A DNA stretch of 64,000 nt from Candidatus Marinacidobacterales bacterium (lineage in GTDB: Bacteria; Acidobacteriota; Vicinamibacteria; Marinacidobacterales; DATDRI01), in NCBI GenBank assembly GCA_965219415.1, contig CBDCNP010000002.1:2080001-2144000 (forward strand). Reading direction: 5' to 3'. Positions 19,711-29,800 of this stretch are shown one piece after another; positions within the stretch are counted from its first letter, which is position 1; each line of letters opens with the position of its first letter. A program made the translations under genes and the position numbers. The notes beneath the pieces are model-generated. The model was given only the letters and a program-made list of their open reading frames with translations. It had not been told where the DNA came from and made no database searches.

Positions 19711-19788
19711 GTGGAGGAGACTCCCGGCCTCGAGTCGCGATCATCACCGGCTGGCCGCGATGACCGACTCTGCCGTCGATCTCTTCGG

Positions 19789-20214
19789 CTAGGCCTCCCG
19801 ATGCGCACGCCAGTGGTCCACGCTCAACCGATCCTCTTCTCGCGGAACCCAGAGAACGAAGAGCAATAGACCGAGCCGGGGTATTACATGACCGGTGAAG
19901 CTGTACAAAGGCTCCTTCAAAAGGTGGCCGAAGGTCACGAGGAGAAGCACCGCGCCCAATGCTATCGACGCTTCCCGTATGCGCCAGCCGATGATGAGGA
20001 GCGCGCCGGCCACCAACTCGATGGCGGGCACCACGCTGCCGCTTGCCCAGAGCAACATCGCAGGGATCCAGTTATCCGCGTAAGGCTCGACGAACATCCG
20101 TCGTGCGTGCTCGACCGAGCCAAGCTCGAATACTTTCCACCAACCGGCCATGAAAAAGATGAGGCCAAGCGTGACGCGCCCGAAAAAAACGGCGAGACTA
20201 CGGTTGGACTTTTT
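19789..20214 (-). CDS. DoxX family membrane protein (start codon unresolved)
   Basis: GRVTLGLIFFMAGWWK, ELVAGALLIIG, LSVD; frame open back to the upstream stop at 20215. Confidence 0.75.
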   Translation of the reverse strand, partial: KKSNRSLAVFFGRVTLGLIFFMAGWWKVFELGSVEHARRMFVEPYADNWIPAMLLWASGSVVPAIELVAGALLIIGWRIREASIALGAVLLLVTFGHLLKEPLYSFTGHVIPRLGLLLFVLWVPREEDRLSVDHWRAHREA

Positions 20215-21097
20215 TCAGAGTGACGCGATCTTTTGGAGCGTCTCGTGCAAACGATGCGCCATAATTTTGCAGATGATACTCGTGAGATAAAGCGCCGCTC
20301 CCACGTTGTATTCGATCGCCCGTTCCAGGGTCTCGGCCGGGACGACGTAGACGTCGAGGACGCCGCGGGCCACTGCCGAGGCAGAGCGTGGCCTCTGATC
20401 GATGAACGACAACTCACCAAAGAAGTTTCCGGAGCCGAGTCGCGCTAGGGTCATCGACTCACCCGAAGCGCTCTCCTTTCGGATCTCCACTTCACCCTCA
20501 CCGATGACGAAGAGCTCTTTTCCTTCGTCCCCTTCCTGAAACACGACCGCGTCGGACTCGAAGCTGCGGGGAATGAAGAGCGATTCCAAGGCGCCGAAGC
20601 TCGGCCTCAGACAACTGGGCCGACGGCGTGTCGTCCCGTGAGTGGCTGTTGTCGGTCGTCGCTATCTCTTGAAGAACCTCGTTGGCGGATCGGATTTTTT
20701 GCGACATGCTTTTTGCGAAGAGTCCCCAGAACTTGACCGCCCCGGTCCGGCTATAGCGAAAGGCCCCCTTTAGGAAATTGCGGTCGAGAGAGAAACAGGT
20801 CGCATCCGTTTCCGCTTCTGCGAAAATAGGGGTATCGGGAACAAAAAGGGCTTCCTCCCCGAGGACCCCATTCTTCTCCTGTTTGCCGAGCGGCAATCTC
20901 CCTCGTTTCGCTTCGGTTTCCAGTCGGACCTCCCCGTCACGAATCAGCAAGAGTTCGTCACCGAGGGTCACCGCTTCCCCGGCTGCAAAACTTCGCTCTT
21001 TGAGCGCTTTGTCGAAAACGCTCGCTTCCGCGGCCGTCAAAACGGCAAGGGGGGACAAGGATCGGAGGGACAGAGAAGAGCCCAGGGGGGAGTCCAC
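20215..21097 (-). CDS. Tandem cyclic nucleotide-binding domain protein (frameshift near 20590)
   Basis: Two cNMP domains; FQEGDEG..LFVIGEGEVEI, FFGELSFID..PRSASA. Confidence 0.8.
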
Positions 21098-21120
21098 GAG
21101 CCGTATTCTATCCTCTTTTA

Positions 21121-21195
21121 TTTCGGGGACAGGTTATTTAAATAGTTTGTCTAATCAGGTCAATGACTTAGGCTATAAATAACCTGTCCCGGAAA
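21121..21195. repeat. GGGGACAG-type REP-like inverted repeat
   Basis: TTTCGGGGACAGGTTATTTA ... TAAATAACCTGTCCCGGAAA, 20-bp arms with one mismatch. Confidence 0.75.
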
Positions 21196-21237
21196 ATGCG
21201 GGAAATGAGTTTTAGAGAGCGGCGATTAGATCGTGCG

Positions 21238-21914
21238 TTACTGAGCTCCTTCAGGAGCCTTCGCGCTAGCACCACCCAACTGCCGAATCTCTTGAACATG
21301 GATGACCCGAATCCCAGCCCTAGGATTTTGCACCGCATGGCATAAGGCACCCGTCATCTGCTCCAGTGTGATGAGTCCCAACCGCTTACTTATCTCGGCC
21401 GTCGGGGGCAGATGTTCCAAGATTTTATAAACGGCAGCAACGCGTAGGCCCAGCGGTGGCCCGGGCCCAACACATACCAAGGCCGAACGAAGGTGGCGTT
21501 CAACCCACTGTTGCGAATCACCGCCTCGCACTCGGCCCGAACCGCGAGGTAGGCCTTCATTACCGGGGCGGGCTGGGCGACACTCACGTAAACGAAGTGA
21601 GCGACCTTCGTCGCCGTCGCGGCCTCCACCGCCGCCTGGACGGAGACCAAATCCACCTTTCGGAACAACTCCGCCTTAAGCGGACTCGGGTGTGGCACGC
21701 CTATCAAATGCACAAACGTGTCCGCGGGAGGCACCTCGCTTTTGTAGCTATTGCTGTCTAGAGCATTCCCTAAGACAACCTGACACCCGGGCGGCAGTTT
21801 GTCTTGGGATTGAGGACGCGATAAGGCCCGGATGCGGTGTCCCCGCTCGAGGAGTTGGGGAAGGAGGCTCCGACCAAAATAGCCGGTACCTCCGGTAATG
21901 AAGATGTCGCCCAT
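21238..21914 (-). CDS. NAD(P)H-binding epimerase/SDR-like protein (frameshift near 21430)
   Basis: IFITGGTGYFG Rossmann motif, VRPWYVLGPG; C-terminus continues in another frame. Confidence 0.8.
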
Positions 21915-22153
21915 GGCTTTGCGTTCTCGGCGGGCCTCGCTTCAGGAAGATTCTATAGAAAAGGGGCGACGGCACGTGCACCTTCATGTGTTTCCTCGGT
22001 TTTGCTTGCTGTTACAAGCCCCTCGCTCGAAGCTGAACCTAGGAACAAAGTTCCTACGCTCCTGTTTCTGGAGTTCCACCCTGGTTACACGTTTGCTCTG
22101 TGTAACAGAAACAAGGTGCTTCCCCTCCTGAGCTCTGATCGGACGGAGTATGC

Positions 22154-23123
22154 TCAGCCTTCGATAATCGAGGAGCTGTTAATCCACCGCCACAGGCTAC
22201 GAGCGCAGGCTCCCAGTCTTCCCAAGAAAAGGTGATCCCTTTCTGCCAGCGCAATGGAGCGCGAGAGCGCTTCTGCCGATGGGAACCGGTCGCGCGGATT
22301 CACGGCAAGGCAACGTTCGATGATGGACGCAAGACGAGAGTCCAGGGCGCGGCGCGATCGCGGGAGAGGTGTCAGAGGCTCCCCGCCAGGCGACCACGTG
22401 CCCCCGAGAGGGAGCGCGACCATGGGCGTTGCGGTAACTATTTCGTGGAGTATCAGCCCGACCGAAAACAGATCGGTCCGCTCGTCGACAAGGCCCCCAG
22501 CCCTTTGTTCGGGAGACATATAGCCTGCCGTGCCGATGATAGTGCCCGGGAGGGTTATCTGCGAATCCGTCGATTTCTGCCCTGAGCTGTGAGACGGAAG
22601 AAGCTTGGCGAGCCCGAAGTCGAGAATGGTCACCGCTCCTTGCGGAGAAAGCATGATGTTCTCGGGTTTGAGGTCACGGTGAACGATGCCGATAGAATGA
22701 GCCGCGCTGAGCGCGCTCACGATCTGAGCGGCGATTCGAAGGGCCGCTCTGCGGTCGAGAGCGCCCCGATAAAGGAGCTGACGAAGAGTTTCTCCTCTCA
22801 CGAGCTCCATCACGATGAAACGGCACTCCTTCACTTTTCCGATGTCGGTAGACGGTTACTATATTCGGGTGGTTGAGTGCGGACGCCGAAAAGGCCTCTC
22901 TTCGGAAGCGACGAAGCCGTTTTGAATCCAGGCACGAGTTCCGCTTCATGAGCTTGATCGCCACCTCACGGCCGAGCTTGGTATCGATGGCTCGATAGAC
23001 ATCCGCCATCCCGCCGCGCCCAATCTGTTGCGGGAACTGGTACCGGCGGGGAAAGCGTACGGTGCCCCGCTTGATATCCTCCCGGGGTTCGGTCGTCGCG
23101 GAGGACCTATGGGACGGGTTCAT
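22154..23123 (-). CDS. Hanks-type Ser/Thr protein kinase (frameshift near 22845)
   Basis: IGRGGMADVY, VAIK, HPNIV in one frame; HRDLKPEN, DFGLAK, YMSPEQ in the next. Confidence 0.88.
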
Positions 23124-23130
23124 GATCACT

Positions 23131-23310
23131 CTATGAGGTTGGAACGGCTCGAGAAAAGTACGTTGCGGAGCGCGAGGGCGGCTGTTCCGGCGCTGTCCAT
23201 AACCAGTCCGCGGAGGCTCTCTCCGAAGGCACTGCCACTCCCATAAAGGCGAGGAGGCTAGAAAGCACACCAAATACCGAGCGACGCTTGTTTTGCCGTT
23301 CCGTCTCCAT
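23131..23310 (-). CDS. Small putatively secreted peptide (59 aa)
   Basis: AGGA RBS; KRRSVF, hydrophobic stretch and ASA cleavage-like site; ends 7 bp before the kinase start. Confidence 0.45.
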   Translation of the reverse strand: METERQNKRRSVFGVLSSLLAFMGVAVPSERASADWLWTAPEQPPSRSATYFSRAVPTS

Positions 23311-23431
23311 ACTTCCTATACGAGCGGACGAGGCGGTTTGGATGAGCCCGACGCGTACGACCCCGATAAGGGCAGCAACTTGCCTCTGGGCTTGATCCAG
23401 TTTCGTGGACACTTTCTGAAAGGCGGATACG

Positions 23432-23749
23432 ATGTCCACAATGGCAAAGACAACGCAGCCCCGGCGACCCCGCCGGGAGTTTGATGACGAGTTTAAGGCA
23501 GGCGCGGTCCGGCTGGTGCTTGATGAGGGCCAGAGCGTGGGTCGGGTGGCCCGGGAGCTTGACCTCACCGAATCGGCGTTTCGCAACTGGGTCCGTCAGG
23601 CCCGGGCCGATCGGACGAAGGGCCGGACGGGCTTGACGGGCGTGGAACGCGAGGAGCTTCGGCGGCTCCGCAAAGAGAATCGGCGGTTGCGGGTGGAGCG
23701 CGACGTTTTAAAAAAAGCCGCGGCCTTCTTCGCGAAGGAGAGCGAGTAA
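23432..23749 (+). CDS. IS3 transposase OrfA
   Basis: RREFDDEFKAGAV, HTH, ERDVLKKAAAFFAKE. Confidence 0.9.
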   Translation: MSTMAKTTQPRRPRREFDDEFKAGAVRLVLDEGQSVGRVARELDLTESAFRNWVRQARADRTKGRTGLTGVEREELRRLRKENRRLRVERDVLKKAAAFFAKESE

Positions 23750-24613
23750 GATTCGCGTTCATCCAGGCGGAGAAGGCCACCGTACCGGTCGTTCACCTGT
23801 GTCAGATTCTCAACGTCTCTCGGAGTGGCTTTTATGCCTGGGTACGTCGGCCGCCGTCGGCCCACGCGCGCCGGGACCGCCAGTTGCGCGTGTTGATTCG
23901 TGCCTCCCATGAGGCGAGTCGCCGCACCTATGGGAGTCCGCGGATTTATCACGACCTGCACGAGCAGGGGTATCGAGTGAGTCGGAAGCGGGTGATTCGG
24001 TTGAAACAGGCAGAAGGCCTCATTGCTCGAGTACGCAAACGCTTCAAGCGCACGACGGTAAGCGGTTATGGCCAGCCCGTCGCGGCCAATGTGCTCGGGC
24101 AAGACTTCGTCGCCGATGCGCCGAACCAACGGTGGGTCGGGGACACGACCGAGTTCGTGATCGGCAGCGGCGGGAAGCTTTATCTCGCGGCGCTCCTCGA
24201 CCTCTACTCGCGATTCCTCGTTGGGTGGGCCGTAAGTGCTATTAACGACCGTCACCTGGTTATCAAGGCGTTGCGGATGGCACTGAAACGTCGCCAACCG
24301 GCCGCGGGGCTCTTGCATCACTCCGATCAGGGCAGTCCGTATGCCAGCAAAGACTACCAACGTCTCCTTGAGACGCATGGCATGACCGGGAGCATGAGCC
24401 GACGGGGCAACTGCTACGACAACGCCGTCATCGAGAGCTGGTTCTCCACGGTCAAGCACGAGCTTGGGGAGCATTTCCTCAGTTGCGGCGAGGCCAAGAT
24501 GGCCCTCTTCGACTTCATCGAGGTATTCTACAACCAGAGACGACGACCACTCGACCCTCGGCCAGGTCAGTCCGGCCGAGTTTGAACGACGGATGAGGAC
24601 TTCGCCAGCTTAA
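23746..24613 (+). CDS. IS3 transposase OrfB (DDE; frameshift near 24548)
   Basis: YGSPRI, WVGDTT, HHSDQGSPY, GNCYDNAVIESWF, YNQRR. Confidence 0.88.
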
Positions 24614-24829
24614 CTAAACCGTCTACGAAACCGGATCAAGCTGTTAAGACACAATTCCGCCTGACAACCGCAAACCCGCAGAGTGGGCGCCCTGCGTGAG
24701 ATACTGTTTGTAGCGCAGCAGCGCATTGATATCCAAAGCTGGTCTCGCCTCCCCACCGGACCGCCATCTTTTACACGGGCGGGTTATAGCACCTCAATCG
24801 AAAAGAACCGTTCCGCTCAGGCAGGTATC

Positions 24830-26304
24830 ATGAACGAGCAACTCGCTAGTTCGCTGAAAGCGGCGTACCGGGAGCGGCGGTCAGGGGTCTTGGTGGCTGA
24901 AACCCGGAAATTCAAGCGCAGCCTCGCCTTTCGAGATGGTTTCATCGTCGCGGCGCGCTCGAACTTGAAGGCAGAACACTTCGGGCAGATGCTCATCCGG
25001 AAGGGCCGCATCACCCAGCAGCAGCTCAAGGACGCCTCGGTCTTTATCAAAAGTGGCTGGAAGATGGGCGACATCCTGGCGGAGCTTCGCATCATCGACA
25101 AAGAGGAAATCGCCAGCTTCGTTACGTTGCTGGTCATGGACATCGCCTGCTCCATGCTCCTTGACGAGGATTCGACGTTTGTCTTTTCGGAACTGACCGA
25201 GGTGGAGGCCGTCATCACCAAGCCGCTCACCGTCGCCGCCGTGCTCATGGAGGCGGGGCACCGCACATCTGATATCGACGCCCATCTGAAGGACCTTCGG
25301 CAGGAAAACCGCCTCCTTGAGTTAACTCCCGATCCCCTCATTCAGTTTCAAGACCTCTCCCTTGACCGCCGAGCAGGGGTTCCTCCTGTCTCGAATTCAG
25401 GGCACTGAGCCCCCGGCCGCCATCTTCTCCCTCAGCCCCTTGTCCGAGGAGGAGACCGCAAGAACACTGCTCGGACTGCTTCTCACGGGAATCGTCCGGT
25501 TAGGAGGCGAGTCGAAACTGGCAGAGATAATCTCCGACGACGACGTCTCGGAGGAAGTAGGTCTTGAATTGGCCGCACCAGAGTCACCGGCACCGGTAGC
25601 GGCATCGCGCGAGGAAATCGAGCTTCTCTTCGACGCATTCCATGCCCAAGATCACTGGCAACTTCTGGGACTGAGCCGAGGGGCCAGTGCCCAGGACGTG
25701 AAGATGGCGTTTCATGAAAAAGCCCGCCGTTATCACCCGGACCGATATCGAAGCATCACCGACCAGCGCTTTCACGAGGAGCTCTCGTACATCTTTCACC
25801 GACTACAAGAGGCTTTCGAGACGCTCTCGAGCGACACTGGGGCGACGCGGTACGCCACTCTCACGGCGAAAGAAACCGAGTACGCGACAGGGACGAGTCA
25901 ATGGGAACCGCCTTCCAAGCAGGCCATCGCAGGCGAATCTTCGCCAGGGGGGTGCACTTGCCTCGAGCGGTCAGACCGCCGAAGCGGACGCCCTGTTCGC
26001 CACAGCCAAACGCGCTTACACCGAGGGCGATCACTGGCGGGCGATACAGCTTTGTCAACAAGCCATAGAGATCGTGGGCGACAAGGCGGATTACTACCAT
26101 CTCCTGGGCCTTTCGCTCGCCGAGAACCCCAAGTGGCGGGCCGACGCCGCGCGCAACCTTCAGATCGCCGCCAAGTTGGATCCCCGGGACGCGAAATACT
26201 TTGTCGCGCTAGGGGAGCTCTACGAGAAGTCGGGACTGCGCGTTCGAGCCAAGCGCGCGTTCGAGCAGGCGAAGGCGATCGATCCAAACTATCTCTCAGA
26301 ATAA
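24830..26304 (+). CDS. DUF4388-like / DnaJ / TPR protein (two frameshifts)
   Basis: RRSGVL...FRDGFIVAARSN N-terminus, J-domain with YHPD, C-terminal TPRs; split over three ORFs. Confidence 0.78.
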
Positions 26305-26522
26305 TTTTTAGCGGACCGCGGCGACCCCGACATGCGATCGGTGCGCGAGCCGTTCCGAGGTCTAGTGAAAACCACGCTTGGGCCTATTCGGACGGACCAG
26401 ACCAACACTTTCCCACCGTATTTCCTCGGGATAATCGTACCGGTGCCAAAACTTCAGATAGGCAAACCCTTCAGCCTGAGAAGTTGCCATCCTTTGCCAA
26501 GTGCTGCCATTTTACGAAGGCA

Positions 26523-26867
26523 TCATGAGGCATGCAGAGCCGTTCTTAGGGCGGATCGTTGTTCATCGGAGATCAATGAAAATTTTGCCCCGAGAATGAA
26601 GCGAGACATGTACAGATTGGCCTTCTCGCGGCGCCAAACGATCTCCCCTTCCGTCACGAAGGGATCACCCTCACTGCTGAAACGGATTCGCAGGAGGACA
26701 CTCGTGCCAGGCTCAAAATCGACGCCGGTATCAAAGCAAGCCCCCGATTCCGATACATTTGTGATCAATCCGTAGGCATGACCTAGTTTTCTGTTATAGA
26801 TCGAACCCGTGATCGCGTTCTGAGGGACGTGGCGCGGCCAGAAACGTTCCGGATTATACTTAGCCAA
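26523..26867 (-). CDS. PilZ domain protein
   Basis: RFWPR (RxxxR) and NVSESGA (D/NxSxxG) motifs, GEIVW. Confidence 0.8.
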   Translation of the reverse strand: MAKYNPERFWPRHVPQNAITGSIYNRKLGHAYGLITNVSESGACFDTGVDFEPGTSVLLRIRFSSEGDPFVTEGEIVWRREKANLYMSRFILGAKFSLISDEQRSALRTALHAS

Positions 26868-26890
26868 GTTACTTTCTTCCTAATCAGGGC

Positions 26891-29800
26891 CTACTGTGCG
26901 CCACCCTCTTGTTCAAGCTTCAGCGCCGGGTCCCCGAGCAGGTGATAAATGCTTAAAAGCTCCGGAAAGGCTCCCGTCTCCGCATACCCGGCCTGGCCTG
27001 CCAGCACCGCGTCGCCCAGCCGTTCATGCCCCCGGTTTACGATCTCCTCCAGAAGCACCTTGTGGAATCGGTGCGCCGGGTCATTGAGACTCAGGCCTGT
27101 CGGTGAAAAAGCGGCGATGACTCCCTTGCCTTCCGCTTTGAGTAATTCCTCGGACAGCGAGTTGAAGTACGGAAAATGAAAATACCCGTTCAGGGCAATT
27201 CATTGTTAAAAGCAAGGGCTGGCGCGATTGCGGTGACAGGGAGTCCACCTGCCAGATGTTGAACAGATTCTCGTTGGCCCACAGGTGAATCGCCCCGTGG
27301 CCGATGTAACTTACGTGGAGGCTCCCTGGTCGAAGGCTTGGAGGATCGAGCTTCGGGTCGCCGCTGTCCCCAGCTCCGTTAGGTAGATCTTCTGGACCTC
27401 TTCTCCTGAAAGGATGGTCGACACCAGCTCCTCCGCATCCGCTACAAAGTCGCCCGCACGGTCCGGGTTATCGGTGATGAGAACGATGGGAGCCTCAGGC
27501 TCTCCTTCCCCTTGATTCGTAGGCAAGAATCTTTTCAACCAAACTCCGCACTTCTTCCACTGAAGAAGCGGGTAGTCTCCCCACCGCCACATCCGGAAGA
27601 ATGTCCTCTCCATTAATGGCTCCAAACCATGGATCCGACGCCGTCCACAAGTACCGGGTCTTCAGGATCTTCACCGGCACATGGCTCTCCACTCCCGTCC
27701 CCAGATAGTCCTTGGTGTCGTACGTCCCATCTCCCAACAGCAGCACGTACCGCAACGACGGCTCGCTCCAGTGGTGGTACACGTAACTCAGGAAGTCTCG
27801 GACCGATTCCGGCGTGGCCTCTCCATACCCAAACTCCTTGTAGATGTCCTCGGTCGCCACGGCGCCGCTCACCAGGCCCTGCTCCCGCCTTAGCGCCAGT
27901 AAAGGCTCTGCCGCAGCCAGAAACTCCCTCGGGCCGATCACCAGGTACTCCGCTCGGTTCCAACCACGCTTCAGATGGCTCGACTGCGGTGGTCTCACCC
28001 CCGGCCTCTTCACCGCCCCCTTCTCCACACCGAAGTACCTCCGACCCGACTCCACACCGAAGCTCACGCCACCCTCGACCAACCTCAGCCTTGACAATCG
28101 CTGGGGCTGGGCCCCCGTCGTATCGAATACGAAGCTGGTCCCCTCGAGGCCCGATACCGAGGCCGTCCCCGACTCGCTGAACCCTCCCCGTAGGGCTCCT
28201 TGTTCGGCTACCAACTGCGCCGGGTGGCTCACCTCGAATCGGTCCAGCATGACCATCGAGTATTGAGCTTCGGTATCTCCCACTTCTTCTATCTCCAGAG
28301 TGTTCTCTCCTTCTTGGAGTAATCCGGGACCGAGCTCCGCTTCCACCAGGTGCGGCGTCTCTCCATCCCACCACCTCTCCGTTACCAGCGTGCCGTTCAC
28401 GTACAGTCGGACGTGATGACCCGGGTCCTCCGGGAAATCGCTCGCTCCGTGCAGCCACACTTTAAGCTCAGAGCTCTCCGCTACCGCAGACAGGTGCTTC
28501 ACCTCGAACCGGTAGCTCTTCGTCATCGGGCCGAACACCCAATCCCACTGCCAGATGTCTTCCGCGCCCTCGAAGGCCGCTTGGTAGAGAAGGTTTTCTT
28601 CTTCCTTCACCGTCTTCCAGTAGAAACTCGTCTCCGCTCCCGACGGCCTGCCATCCACCACCGCCACCTGGACACCTCCCGAGCCCGCTTCTAGCTCGTA
28701 GACCGCTTCGTGACCATACGGGTTCAAAGATGCCCCCTCGGTCAGGAAGTACAGCTTCGACTTCTTCTTGAACTTCTTCGGGTTCGGCCTGACAAAAAAC
28801 GCCACCGGCTCCCCCTGACGGCTCAGTCTCAATTTGCTCGTCTTGATGGCCTTCTTCCGGTTGCCGAATATCGATTCGAAGCTCACCGCGTAGAGACCCC
28901 GCTCACTGACCGTCAGACGCGCCAATACCTTCCGGTTCACGTGGCTGTCTACTTCCCGATGGCTCTTCCCTTGCTTCAGCTCGGCCCTGTTTTTACCCTT
29001 GAACGAGATACGGACCACTACACGTCGGGCTAGTACCAAACGCTCGCGCGTCGCATCCCACCGCAGTGGGGCCGTCTCCACCAAGGCTTTCTTCGCCGCT
29101 CCTTGGAAACCCACGCTCAGCAACCGGGCCCACTGCTCCGGGTAGTAGACGTGTGGTGGACGGCGGCGCTTCCTACGCCGACGCCCCGTCTGAACCGTTC
29201 CCTCTTCACTGGCCACCACGATCAGCTCCGATGAGCTCGGACGCAGGCTCGCAAACTCCGCCAAACCCTTGACGTTCACCGACGCCAGCGTCACATTACG
29301 GCCCGCTAACACGTCCTGCCAGGTCCGGTAGACTGGAACATCCGGCAGGTCCGCACCCCCGAAGTCCTCGAAGCCCAGGACCTCGAGCAACACCGAACCA
29401 TCGTCCTGAGGTATCGCGTAGAAGCCTCCTGTTACCAGCTCCAGCTCTAACCACCGCCGACCGCGGGCGACGTACCTTCAGCTCATTCGCCTCCGGATTA
29501 CCGTAGGTGATGCGCGATGTCTCATCCCCGAGCTCGTCTCCAGCAGAGCCTTCACCGGTCGTGCCTTCTTCGCCCTCCGTAACAACTTCCGTCGTCGGTG
29601 CCGCCGACACCGGACCATGAAGCTCCGTCACGCCCGTCGTCTCGATGTCTTCCAGCTGGTAGTAGTACGTCACTCCATTCGCCAGGCCTGAATCACGGTA
29701 GGCGTACTTGGCACCTTGCGGTGACGAGCCCAGGCCCGGGATCACGCTCGCGGTGATCCGCTCGTAGGGGCCTTCCTCGGTAAGAGACCGGTACAGATGG

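Larger units (their letters stand above)
23387..24644 (+). mobile_element. IS3 family insertion sequence
   Basis: Left IR TGGGCTTGATCCAGTTTCGTGGAC, right IR GTCTACGAAACCGGATCAAGC; orfA/orfB with A7G slippery site at 23710-23717. Confidence 0.92.
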
